From a virus: DNA of 64,000 bases. Within the stretch, counting starts at the first letter, position 1; each line of letters opens with the position of its first letter. Position numbers and translations under genes: made by a program. Below the pieces are notes generated by a model, which worked only from the letters and a program-made list of their open reading frames with translations, did not search any database and was not told where the DNA came from. Of this stretch, positions 47,959 to 56,567 are shown piece after piece. The stretch is taken from positions 1 to 64,000 of IMG/VR virus record IMGVR_UViG_3300049491_000357, one strand, 5' to 3'.

Positions 47959-50153
47959 CAGTTAGACATGACCGTGAGAGAGCCAAGTAGTGGCGTACCT
48001 GTGATGGGGTCCAACGTTGGAGTGCCAGGAGGAAGGGAGGGTATTCCTCGACAGACGCCCAGAACAGCCGAGGGTCCCCCAAGCTGAATGAGAGGAGCCA
48101 CCATCGAAACGAGAGCCCCTGAGGTCAAGGTGATGGCCAAGCCAGCCGTCAACGTGAGTGCAGCTCCGGCCGTTATTGATACCGCTCCAGCACCCGCCGT
48201 GATTGCTACAGCACCTGCTGCAGCGGTCATCGTCAAAGCCCCACCCCCAACGTTGACGAGGTACCCACCCGCTCCGATGTTCGTTACCTGTCCACCCACT
48301 CCGATGTTCGTTACCTGTCCACCCGCAGCGATGGTTTCGATCAAACCACCAGCTAGAATGGTAGACACTTTACCCCCAGCGATGATCGTCTCCAGTACAA
48401 CCAGAGCATGATTGTACTGGGTCTTACCCGCAACAAGGATGTCCATGCTGCTGAGCATCGCTGAGTAACCTTGCAGAGCGTTTACGTTGATTCGATCTGC
48501 CTGGAGAGCATACCCACCATTGACCGTCGTGCTCTTAGCCCCATTGATCGTTTCAATGAAGTCCCCAGAGGTGGCCAGCCCATAGTTGCCCTGAATGTCT
48601 TCGCTTTTAGCGAAGCCGTCTTCGTTAGCCACTCCAGATTGGTAGTTGACCGCAACACCAGAGTGGAACGTAATATCGATGGCGTTACCGGTGTCCTTGT
48701 TGTGTCCAACTTCGGCTTTGATACCGCCTTGCAGAAATGCCTGGATACTCGTGTTGTTTTTGTCTGAACCCCCGATGAACATCTTGAGGGCCCCCAACAA
48801 GTTCATCTCCACAGAGATACCAGAGTCGTCAGGATACCTTTCGACTGTAGGCTTGGGAACGTTGATGTATACTTTGCCTTGTTTTTCAACAGACACCGCG
48901 AAAGGATTGTCGTCCGTAGCTCCGTAAGGGCACCAAATGCGAAAGAGGTATGCTGCTGCTGACGTGAGAGTATTGGTGTCCCCTTTTGCTGCCCGCTCTA
49001 CCTCGGACAGCAAGAATTTCCCCGGGCCATCCGTCGAAAAACTCTGCCACAGTTCTGGCTGAAGAACTTTGCCGTATTGCTTAAGCCCTTGAGTTCCAGT
49101 CGTGTCGTTACCTACGACAGTCCCGTAGACCCGCTCGATGAACGGGCGTCGTTTCACGATCGCAAAACCATCAACCTCAGACAGCACCTCTTGCACGAGA
49201 TCCGTGTCGTGGGCCATCTCCATACGGTCTTCTGTAAAGGCGTTCCCAGGACCTGCTTCCCCATCCTCGATCCCCGTAGCGTAAACAGTTGAGGGGTAGA
49301 AGACCCTCTTACCATTGGAGTATGTTGTTGGGGGGTAAGTGGCGGTATCATTGAAAAAGTCGAGCACGACCCCAGACGAGTTTGCGTACTTCGTTGGGGA
49401 ATCAGGGATGCCAGGCCCAAGAGCTTTAAGCTCATCCGAACCAAAGTAACGATCTGCTTCTCCCTTGAGCTGACGACCCGTTTTGAAGATGTCCTGAGGG
49501 AGAAAGTTCTCAATACGACGAGCCGGACCCGAAGTGTACTTGATGCCCGAGGTAGAGTCGAAGCGATGGATAGCTTGCGTGACAAGCGTTCGCTCAGCAT
49601 CTCGAAGTTCAATGAGGTCACCTGCCCGGTTACTCATCCGAACATCTTTAGCTAGGACAAACTCAGCACCATCAGAGGACATGCCCCCCACATTACCGGA
49701 CCGGAGCTTTAGACGCTTGTGTCGAACCGTTCGGCCGATGAACTGGTCGTAGATGCTCTTTTCAGCGGGATCTGTAGGGACATCTGAAGGGTTCGTAGGC
49801 GAGAAAGGGTCATAACGAAGCCCGCTTTTGTTGCCCACGGGGATGAACCCAAGGATCACGGGCTCCCACACCTGTTTGTGCTTCATCCGATAGGCCAAGA
49901 CAACAAGGGAGTTGACCTCGGGAACCCCTCCCCAAAAAGACCTTGGGCCACACATCGCCTGAGTGAGATCAACCTCCGGGACTGTTTGTCCACCGCGAGT
50001 GATGACCTTGACATCACCCTTCATGTTGATCTCGTCGATCCGCGTAAGAATTCCTACATGGAGCCCTTGGGGGAAACCATTGTCTCCGAATCCCTTTCCA
50101 GGCGTATGCCCAGTGGGGTACTTTTTTCGGAAGTCTCCTACACGGATAGTCAT
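47958..50153 (-). CDS. Baseplate central spike (gp5/gpV/VgrG-like)
   Basis: N-terminal OB-fold-like region (GGVPEVNSLVVLAY...PVILGFIP) and C-terminal 9-residue Gly-rich beta-helix repeats (GGQVTNIGV, GAVAITAGA); follows the hub gene. Confidence 0.7.
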   Translation of the reverse strand: MTIRVGDFRKKYPTGHTPGKGFGDNGFPQGLHVGILTRIDEINMKGDVKVITRGGQTVPEVDLTQAMCGPRSFWGGVPEVNSLVVLAYRMKHKQVWEPVILGFIPVGNKSGLRYDPFSPTNPSDVPTDPAEKSIYDQFIGRTVRHKRLKLRSGNVGGMSSDGAEFVLAKDVRMSNRAGDLIELRDAERTLVTQAIHRFDSTSGIKYTSGPARRIENFLPQDIFKTGRQLKGEADRYFGSDELKALGPGIPDSPTKYANSSGVVLDFFNDTATYPPTTYSNGKRVFYPSTVYATGIEDGEAGPGNAFTEDRMEMAHDTDLVQEVLSEVDGFAIVKRRPFIERVYGTVVGNDTTGTQGLKQYGKVLQPELWQSFSTDGPGKFLLSEVERAAKGDTNTLTSAAAYLFRIWCPYGATDDNPFAVSVEKQGKVYINVPKPTVERYPDDSGISVEMNLLGALKMFIGGSDKNNTSIQAFLQGGIKAEVGHNKDTGNAIDITFHSGVAVNYQSGVANEDGFAKSEDIQGNYGLATSGDFIETINGAKSTTVNGGYALQADRINVNALQGYSAMLSSMDILVAGKTQYNHALVVLETIIAGGKVSTILAGGLIETIAAGGQVTNIGVGGQVTNIGAGGYLVNVGGGALTMTAAAGAVAITAGAGAVSITAGAALTLTAGLAITLTSGALVSMVAPLIQLGGPSAVLGVCRGIPSLPPGTPTLDPITGTPLLGSLTVMSN
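48272..48324. repeat. Exact 26-nt direct repeat with 27-nt period inside the spike beta-helix
   Basis: CTCCGATGTTCGTTACCTGTCCACCC at 48272-48297 and 48299-48324. Confidence 0.9.
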
Positions 50154-50171
50154 AAAAGGTACGGCTTTAGG

Positions 50172-53100
50172 TCAAAGCTGTTGGAGTTTGAATTTGTCGT
50201 CTGTGATCTGCTGGATGAGCTTCGCTTGGGAAGCTTGGGCGTTAGCCAACTGCGTTTGCAACGAAGGGGAGGTGATGATCTGTGCTCCACCTTTTTGGGA
50301 CTCAATGTCCTTTTGCAGTCGCTGGATCTCTGTGTTGGTGGCACCCAGTTCTTTCTCTGCCATTTTGATCTGGCCCTCTATTAGGGCTCGATCCGTGTTT
50401 TTCTTGAGATTGGTCCCGAAGTCTGACCACTGCTTAACGAGGTCAGACTTCGCAGAGTTTGCTTGAGCCGCGAAGGCTGCCGGGTCCCCGACTGCCAACC
50501 GATTGGCTGGGTTGAAAGGGGGACTTAGTTCAGGGTCAGGGTTACCCGGTTGCCCGAATCGGACTTCCTCTGCGGAAGGAAATTTGATGTCCAGAGTTTC
50601 ACCCCTGAGGGCTGACTCTAGTGCTTCATGGGGGGTATCTAGGGCCTCATACAAACTGAAGAGGAACTGATCAATCTGGAGTAGAGCATTCTTCCCGCCA
50701 AAGGCTGCCCGGTATTGTTCGTCCGTAACGGGGGTACTCCCCCTGATGGCGTCCTGGATAAGCTGATTTCCTCCAATGACAGTTGGAGGAAGAACTCGTG
50801 CCGTCCCAGCTCCCCCAGGCAAGGTGCTGCTGTCAGGAGCTACACCGCCCATCGTATTTACGTTCAACGGTTTAAGCTGGTACCCAACATTCATGAAGGC
50901 CAAGTCGGACCGGCCTGAAAGACACGAACATTGTGAGTCTTGTTGCCCAGGGTCTCGTACAATGTTCAGTTCCGCGATCGTCAAGGCACGGCTTAGCTGA
51001 CCAGCTTCCACCGAGAGGGGCATGCCTTTTTGCTCTGGGGAGCCGAGCGGAGCAGAGTCCACAAAGTTGGTGCCTGCCCCGATGAACGACTGTTGAATGG
51101 ACCCAGCAGTTGGTTCGTTTTGCGTACCAGCTGTTTGAAGATCCTCAGGCTGAAGACGGGTGATGGCGTCAATGGGGTTGGCGTACGTCGTTGTGAGGGT
51201 AGTGATGCCCTGGGATTGGGCTGAAAGGCTTGCAAACAGGTCTCCCGCCAGAGCCACCTGAAGGTCTACCGAAGCCGCCTTGTTCTTCTGATTTGGGTCA
51301 TACACAAGACGCCCATCACGAAGAGCCAAACCACGCCCATATCGGAAGTGCCCTACAACCTCAAAGCCACGCTCGTCTGACACTGGGCGCAACATTCCGG
51401 TTGACCCACTGCCAAACAGATTTGCCGTAGTGGCACTCCCGTCGTACTGAACCGTGACGTTCTTGTTGGGGATGAACGTCACTTCTCCAAAAACCTTGCT
51501 TTGATCGTGGACGTAAATGAACACGCCAGCAGAGTTCAGCCCGTATTGGTACCGGTTGTTGAGTAGGCTATCTCGTGCCTTGTCCACCTCAGAGGCAACG
51601 TTCTTTTTTCCAATGTCCGCCTGAAGCTGTTGGAAAGCCTGTTTGGCTACAACTGGGGTGATCGTTTTCTTGATGTAGTTGCTGACGTTTTTCGCACTCT
51701 GCCCTGCGTTGGCCCCAAGTTGATCCTTGGGTGGCGCAAACGGGCGTGTGTAGATCATGTTGACGTTGGGGTACCCAACAACACGTCCAGTCTTAGGGTG
51801 CCGCAAAATCAGAGGGGCGTAAGGATTGTCCTTGGCGAAAGACTGGAGCTGATCAATCGTCGGAGGGGTGGTGGCCGCCAACCCAACGTTGACGGTAAAC
51901 TTTCCGCTTTGGGCGAGTTGCCTAGACGTGTACTTGAACGGGAGGAGGCTTGAAGGTGATGGAGTCGCCTTTTGATTGCTCTCAGCATTTTTTGTCCCAG
52001 GCTGAGGCTTTTTGGAAGCGGCCTCCTTCGCCGTGGGACCCGTATAGCTGGTCATGTAGATACGCCCAATACCTCGGGGGGCCAAGAACTTTTGCCTCTT
52101 TGCCGTCAAGGTCAAAGTAGTCGTAGCTCTGCCGCCAAACGCGAGATTGTGCGAGATCCCTTGGATGTACCAAATCTGATCAAGAGGGGCTACGTAGATA
52201 GGGAACCCCAACCGAAGCTCAGGACGCATCGGGATGGTGACTGTTGCTCTGTGCCGCTTCGAGTTGATGCGGTCTAGGATGTCCATCCCGTGGTAGAACA
52301 TGAGCTGTGTGTCGCCCATGAACTCGGAGTTGAACGTGTGCGTTCGCCATCCGTACTTCCGAAGAAGATGGTAGTCCGTAACTGAGGTAAACGGCGTGAC
52401 ATCCTCTGGGAACCCATAGTCTACGTTGCCCCCAAACGAACCCTGCATCGTAAGCTGGGTGACTACCTCAGCCTCAGACTCCGAGAAGTCCCAGTTGATT
52501 ACATCAATGTCCTGGATCCAGGACACCGGCTTGTTGGAGAGAATGTCTAGGTTGTAGAATGGGGGCTTAAAGACAATGTCCCCCGTCACATCCATGAAGA
52601 ACTCGTACCCGATGGCCTCTTTTGCGGCGTTAGCAAGTTCCAACTTGGTCTGGAATTCGCTGGACCAAAAGTTGACCTGCCCTGCCTGGCTAAACTGAGT
52701 TCGAAACGCCACAACTGACTTGTCGGTCGGGTCAAACACCATTTGACCGGCGTTAGGTCCTCCGTTGGCGTTACGAACCGCAGTAGAGGCAAAGGGCTTT
52801 GAGAACTCCCCTTTCTTCTGCTTATTGAACGACTCGTAGAGGGTATCCCCACGGACAGCAACGCCGTTCGTGCCGTACAGAAGTAGGTTCGAGCGGACAC
52901 GAGAGAACCTTTGCTCCCAGTACGCCATGATGTCACCAAGAGCTTCAGTGAACACCTGTCGTTGACCGTTCTCTTTGACCAAGCTGACGAGCGATCCAGA
53001 CCCTACAACAACGTCCCCGAATGCCTGTTGGGCACAAGACCAAATCACATCGAACGGATTCATACCAAAGAACACGTTCCCGAAGATGTTTCGGCCTTCC

Positions 53101-53579
53101 TGCCCGGCTGCGGCTGTAAGGGCAGGGTTGACACTCATCTTGCACAACTCCCACCACTTTAGGATGTCGTTGGCTTGGATACTTACTGTGTGCTCACCGT
53201 TGTCGTAGGAGTTACCCACCTCAGTGACAATACCCCAAAAGACCGGATAATATTGAGGGACACCTTCAACTAGGTAGAACCCTTTGGCAAAGACCTCAAT
53301 CTCCATCATGGGAGAGATGAGGGGATTCCCTTCAAAGTAGAAGTCGTCCACGGAGTGTCGTGGGATCGCCATGCTGACCGAAGCCGATCCAGGAGCGGAC
53401 TCAACTGAAAGGTCGATCGTGACGTTGGTGATGTAGGAGTTGAAGTCAAACTTACGTCGACAACTAGGGCAACCAATAACATCCGACTCCCCATTGATGT
53501 AGACAAGCACATCCGGCCCATGGACAATGGTTGGCCGAATGTTCGGCTGGTATGTACCCTGAAAAGGTCCGCGAGGCAT
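50172..53579 (-). CDS. Baseplate hub protein (T4 gp27 / gpD-like) with long C-terminal extension
   Basis: TKLELA...IGYEFFMDVTGDIVFKPPFYN, ATVTIPMRPELRLGFPIY...WYIQGISHNL..GGRATTTLTL are hub-type motifs; lies between tube initiators and spike. Confidence 0.7.
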   Translation of the reverse strand: MPRGPFQGTYQPNIRPTIVHGPDVLVYINGESDVIGCPSCRRKFDFNSYITNVTIDLSVESAPGSASVSMAIPRHSVDDFYFEGNPLISPMMEIEVFAKGFYLVEGVPQYYPVFWGIVTEVGNSYDNGEHTVSIQANDILKWWELCKMSVNPALTAAAGQEGRNIFGNVFFGMNPFDVIWSCAQQAFGDVVVGSGSLVSLVKENGQRQVFTEALGDIMAYWEQRFSRVRSNLLLYGTNGVAVRGDTLYESFNKQKKGEFSKPFASTAVRNANGGPNAGQMVFDPTDKSVVAFRTQFSQAGQVNFWSSEFQTKLELANAAKEAIGYEFFMDVTGDIVFKPPFYNLDILSNKPVSWIQDIDVINWDFSESEAEVVTQLTMQGSFGGNVDYGFPEDVTPFTSVTDYHLLRKYGWRTHTFNSEFMGDTQLMFYHGMDILDRINSKRHRATVTIPMRPELRLGFPIYVAPLDQIWYIQGISHNLAFGGRATTTLTLTAKRQKFLAPRGIGRIYMTSYTGPTAKEAASKKPQPGTKNAESNQKATPSPSSLLPFKYTSRQLAQSGKFTVNVGLAATTPPTIDQLQSFAKDNPYAPLILRHPKTGRVVGYPNVNMIYTRPFAPPKDQLGANAGQSAKNVSNYIKKTITPVVAKQAFQQLQADIGKKNVASEVDKARDSLLNNRYQYGLNSAGVFIYVHDQSKVFGEVTFIPNKNVTVQYDGSATTANLFGSGSTGMLRPVSDERGFEVVGHFRYGRGLALRDGRLVYDPNQKNKAASVDLQVALAGDLFASLSAQSQGITTLTTTYANPIDAITRLQPEDLQTAGTQNEPTAGSIQQSFIGAGTNFVDSAPLGSPEQKGMPLSVEAGQLSRALTIAELNIVRDPGQQDSQCSCLSGRSDLAFMNVGYQLKPLNVNTMGGVAPDSSTLPGGAGTARVLPPTVIGGNQLIQDAIRGSTPVTDEQYRAAFGGKNALLQIDQFLFSLYEALDTPHEALESALRGETLDIKFPSAEEVRFGQPGNPDPELSPPFNPANRLAVGDPAAFAAQANSAKSDLVKQWSDFGTNLKKNTDRALIEGQIKMAEKELGATNTEIQRLQKDIESQKGGAQIITSPSLQTQLANAQASQAKLIQQITDDKFKLQQL

Positions 53580-53582
53580 CAG

Positions 53583-55775
53583 TCATTTCCCAGGAGGGGC
53601 TTTGGGCCCAGAGGTTTTCGGCTTACCTAGAGTGGTGGAGATGAACTCGCCCTTCTCAGGTTGCTTGGATAGCCCAAAACTGGACTCCGTTTCTGCGGCG
53701 GCAAAAGGCGAAAATGGGGTCCCAGTCAGGTCTGTTTTCTCCAAGAGTTTCTGCCTGTACGCCAATTCCACATCAGAGAGCGGCCGAGAAGGAGTACCTG
53801 AAGCGCTAAGCGTCGCGGAGTCCGTTGGGATAGTATTTTGACCACGTTGGAAATTCGTCGCGAAGAGCGAAGAGGCCCCGTAGTTTTCTTTGGGGTCAGG
53901 GATTCGGTCTAGTTCGAACTTGGCTCGCACGGTGAAGGAGTAGTCATACTCCAACGAGAACGGTTTGTCGTCGGTCTCGTTGACATTTAGCGAGTCAAAC
54001 GAACCGATGTACAACACGTTGTCGTAGTAGATGTACACGGAGCCTACAAGGGCCAAATTGTTGGCTGTAGGGTCCTTACGGGCAAAGTCCTCCAACCAGA
54101 TCGTTCCGTTGTTACGGTAGATCAAATAGAGGGAGAGGAAGTTTTGGTAGGAGGCAGAGAAGTTTCTCGCCATCCGGGTTAGCCCTGGGGACGTCCCAGA
54201 GGCCCCATTGGGAGACCCCCCGATGTCTAGGGAGAAGAATCCGGCCAACTTACCAGATGCCGTCAACTTTGCCTGAGCCTCTCCCCAGTGCTCAACAAGG
54301 GGGCCAGGACCATTTCGACCGTAGCTACCGTCAGCTATGATCTTCTCTTCCGATACTTTGAAGCTGGTTGGATTGACCAACATTCGTAGTGGGGGTGTAC
54401 GACGCATCTGCTCAATGGCAATCTGAAGGGCCAAGATGTAGTCCTTCTGAGCACCCTGAAGCTGTTGCCCTAGCTCAGATAGGTTAAGGTCTCGGTCTGC
54501 TGCCTTATCGGCGTCCTTAGCTGCCTTGCTGGCCGCATCTGACCCTTTCCCCGCCCATGACGTCGGAGAACCATTCGGGTCGACAGGTGGGGCCTGCACG
54601 CTCAAAGAACAGGCATCATTGTAGTACGAGTACTTGGTGAATCTGTTGGTGGAAGCGGTGTACGCCGCCTGATTTGTTTTTGGTGTGATACCCTGTTCAG
54701 TTATAAAGGCAGGGGGACTAGCCTTTCCAGAAAGGGCTGCCTTCGTCCACCCTACCCGATTTCGGTAGTCCACAGAGTACTCACGAAATGCACACGAATC
54801 TGGGGCATTGGTCGGAAGGCCACTAACATCCCACGAAGGGCCGCCCGCCTTCTTGACCCCCGCCGACGCCTCCTTCAACAGGGCTGGGAAAAGACCCTCC
54901 TTCGGGGACTTACTGGTTCCATGATAGTAGATCTCAACGGACTCCCCGTAGTACCCGCCTTGGGCCAAAGACGTCATGTAACCCATGACGTCTCCCGACT
55001 GTGCCGCCGCCCTTGTGTTTGGGTTCCCGTATACGTGCCGGATCATTGCAACCGCCCCGGTGGCGGTACTTTCGTAGGTGTTGAAGTATGATCCGTTCTT
55101 ATTCAAGAACGTACCAGGTTTGGCTTTAGGGTAGTTCCCAATGAATCCAGGGTTATTGTTTGGCCACGCCCCACTGGTCTCACGCATCGACTGTGCTGTG
55201 ATGAAGAGCATTTCAGTGGGGGAAGGCTCGTGTCCAAATACCTTCACGTAAGCATCATGGAAAATGTGATACATCTCACCAGGCGAGTGTTTGGTGATCA
55301 CGGGCGGCCCCATGTCCTCACCCGTAGCTCCAGGTTGGATTGGGATACCCGTTGTATTAGCCCCCCCAGAGGGCTGGATCTGGTACCCCGGTACGGTAAC
55401 AATGTACCCCGCAGAGGCGGAGGATGCTGCGGATACCCCACTATTTTGAGGAAGCGGTTCTGAGACATCTACGTTCTGAGCAAGGCCGTTCCTGTTGGCA
55501 ACGGTAGCTGAACGGTCCAGTAGTCTCCCCGTAACATTGGCCGAAGGCGGCAAAAGACCAATGATGAATAGCTTAGTATCCCGTGAGCTTCGACGGGGTA
55601 CGTCAGTCAGGGGGATGAACTGGCTCGCCAGAGAGTCAGACTCTGCATTCCAGTTCGCACGCTGGAATGTCAGCAGGTCGTATAGTTCCGGAGGAAAGAA
55701 ATCAGCAAGCCCCTCGATCTGTTCGTAGGTTCGAGCGGAAGGGGGTGCTGGGGAGGGGGCTGTGTTGTCAGCCAC
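53583..55775 (-). CDS. Tail tube-initiator-like protein fused to a GH73 (FlgJ-like) peptidoglycan hydrolase domain
   Basis: FITAQSMRETSG..PNNNPGFIG...FNTYEST..GAVAMIR...YMTSLAQGGYY resembles GH73; C-terminal LRMLVNPTSFKV...VEHWGE...YIGSFDSLNVNETDDKPFSLEYDYSF is paralogous to 55768..56562. Confidence 0.6.
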   Translation of the reverse strand: MADNTAPSPAPPSARTYEQIEGLADFFPPELYDLLTFQRANWNAESDSLASQFIPLTDVPRRSSRDTKLFIIGLLPPSANVTGRLLDRSATVANRNGLAQNVDVSEPLPQNSGVSAASSASAGYIVTVPGYQIQPSGGANTTGIPIQPGATGEDMGPPVITKHSPGEMYHIFHDAYVKVFGHEPSPTEMLFITAQSMRETSGAWPNNNPGFIGNYPKAKPGTFLNKNGSYFNTYESTATGAVAMIRHVYGNPNTRAAAQSGDVMGYMTSLAQGGYYGESVEIYYHGTSKSPKEGLFPALLKEASAGVKKAGGPSWDVSGLPTNAPDSCAFREYSVDYRNRVGWTKAALSGKASPPAFITEQGITPKTNQAAYTASTNRFTKYSYYNDACSLSVQAPPVDPNGSPTSWAGKGSDAASKAAKDADKAADRDLNLSELGQQLQGAQKDYILALQIAIEQMRRTPPLRMLVNPTSFKVSEEKIIADGSYGRNGPGPLVEHWGEAQAKLTASGKLAGFFSLDIGGSPNGASGTSPGLTRMARNFSASYQNFLSLYLIYRNNGTIWLEDFARKDPTANNLALVGSVYIYYDNVLYIGSFDSLNVNETDDKPFSLEYDYSFTVRAKFELDRIPDPKENYGASSLFATNFQRGQNTIPTDSATLSASGTPSRPLSDVELAYRQKLLEKTDLTGTPFSPFAAAETESSFGLSKQPEKGEFISTTLGKPKTSGPKAPPGK

Positions 55776-56562
55776 TTCTCGTTCCTCCCGTTGAAGCGTT
55801 GGCTACGCCGATAGTTGGACCCGCCGCCCCAGATCCAGTAGCGGACACAGGTACAGCTCCGTTGGGGTTTGTCCTGAGTGCGTTTTGCGTTTGAAACTGT
55901 GGGACTTGGATACCAGTAGGCACAAAGCTCCGACGGACCCCCTGCACATTCGCCTGATCCCTGGGGACTACCTGTCCAGGGATCTTCACCAACGTCTGTT
56001 TGACCTTGAAGCTCCAAGACAACTTGAAAGCGAACGGGCTCTCTTCCGTCTCCTCGTAGTCGAACGAACGGAAGTACCCAAGGAACGTTCCCCGATCGTA
56101 CATCAGCATCACATTGCCCTGGAGGACGATATTCCCGAACGGGTCGTATACGCTACCGTTATTGTGGAACACGTCATAGAGATCACGGAACCGATCCCAG
56201 GCAATCGTTCGTTGGCGCAACACAGAGGTCACCCCTGTGTAGATGTTCATAAACGCCCCTGTGGACCCATCCGCCGAGATCTCAGATAGGTCGTCGGGCC
56301 AATGCTGTTCGACGAAGCCACCACGCGTCTGAAATCGCTCAATCTTCTTGGTGTGAGTCTCTGAAAGAGACGAGGGGTTGACATGCATCACAAGAGCATG
56401 CGGAAGAAGAGCTTTGGTGCCGTCGAATGGACTGGTGATCTGGAACGCCATCGGGATGGGGCCCCGACGAGCCTCAGCCCCATGCTGGTACCTTGGAGGA
56501 CCAGGAGCATCCAACCGAGGACTGTTGGGGTTAGGCGAACGGATAATAGGAGTTCCAGCCAT
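55768..56562 (-). CDS. Tail tube initiator-like protein (gp48/gp54-like)
   Basis: MHVNPSSLSE...QTRGGFVEQHW...FLGYFRSFDYEETEESPFAFKLSWSF; directly downstream of the tape measure gene. Confidence 0.65.
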   Translation of the reverse strand: MAGTPIIRSPNPNSPRLDAPGPPRYQHGAEARRGPIPMAFQITSPFDGTKALLPHALVMHVNPSSLSETHTKKIERFQTRGGFVEQHWPDDLSEISADGSTGAFMNIYTGVTSVLRQRTIAWDRFRDLYDVFHNNGSVYDPFGNIVLQGNVMLMYDRGTFLGYFRSFDYEETEESPFAFKLSWSFKVKQTLVKIPGQVVPRDQANVQGVRRSFVPTGIQVPQFQTQNALRTNPNGAVPVSATGSGAAGPTIGVANASTGGTRSG

Positions 56563-56567
56563 GGGTC

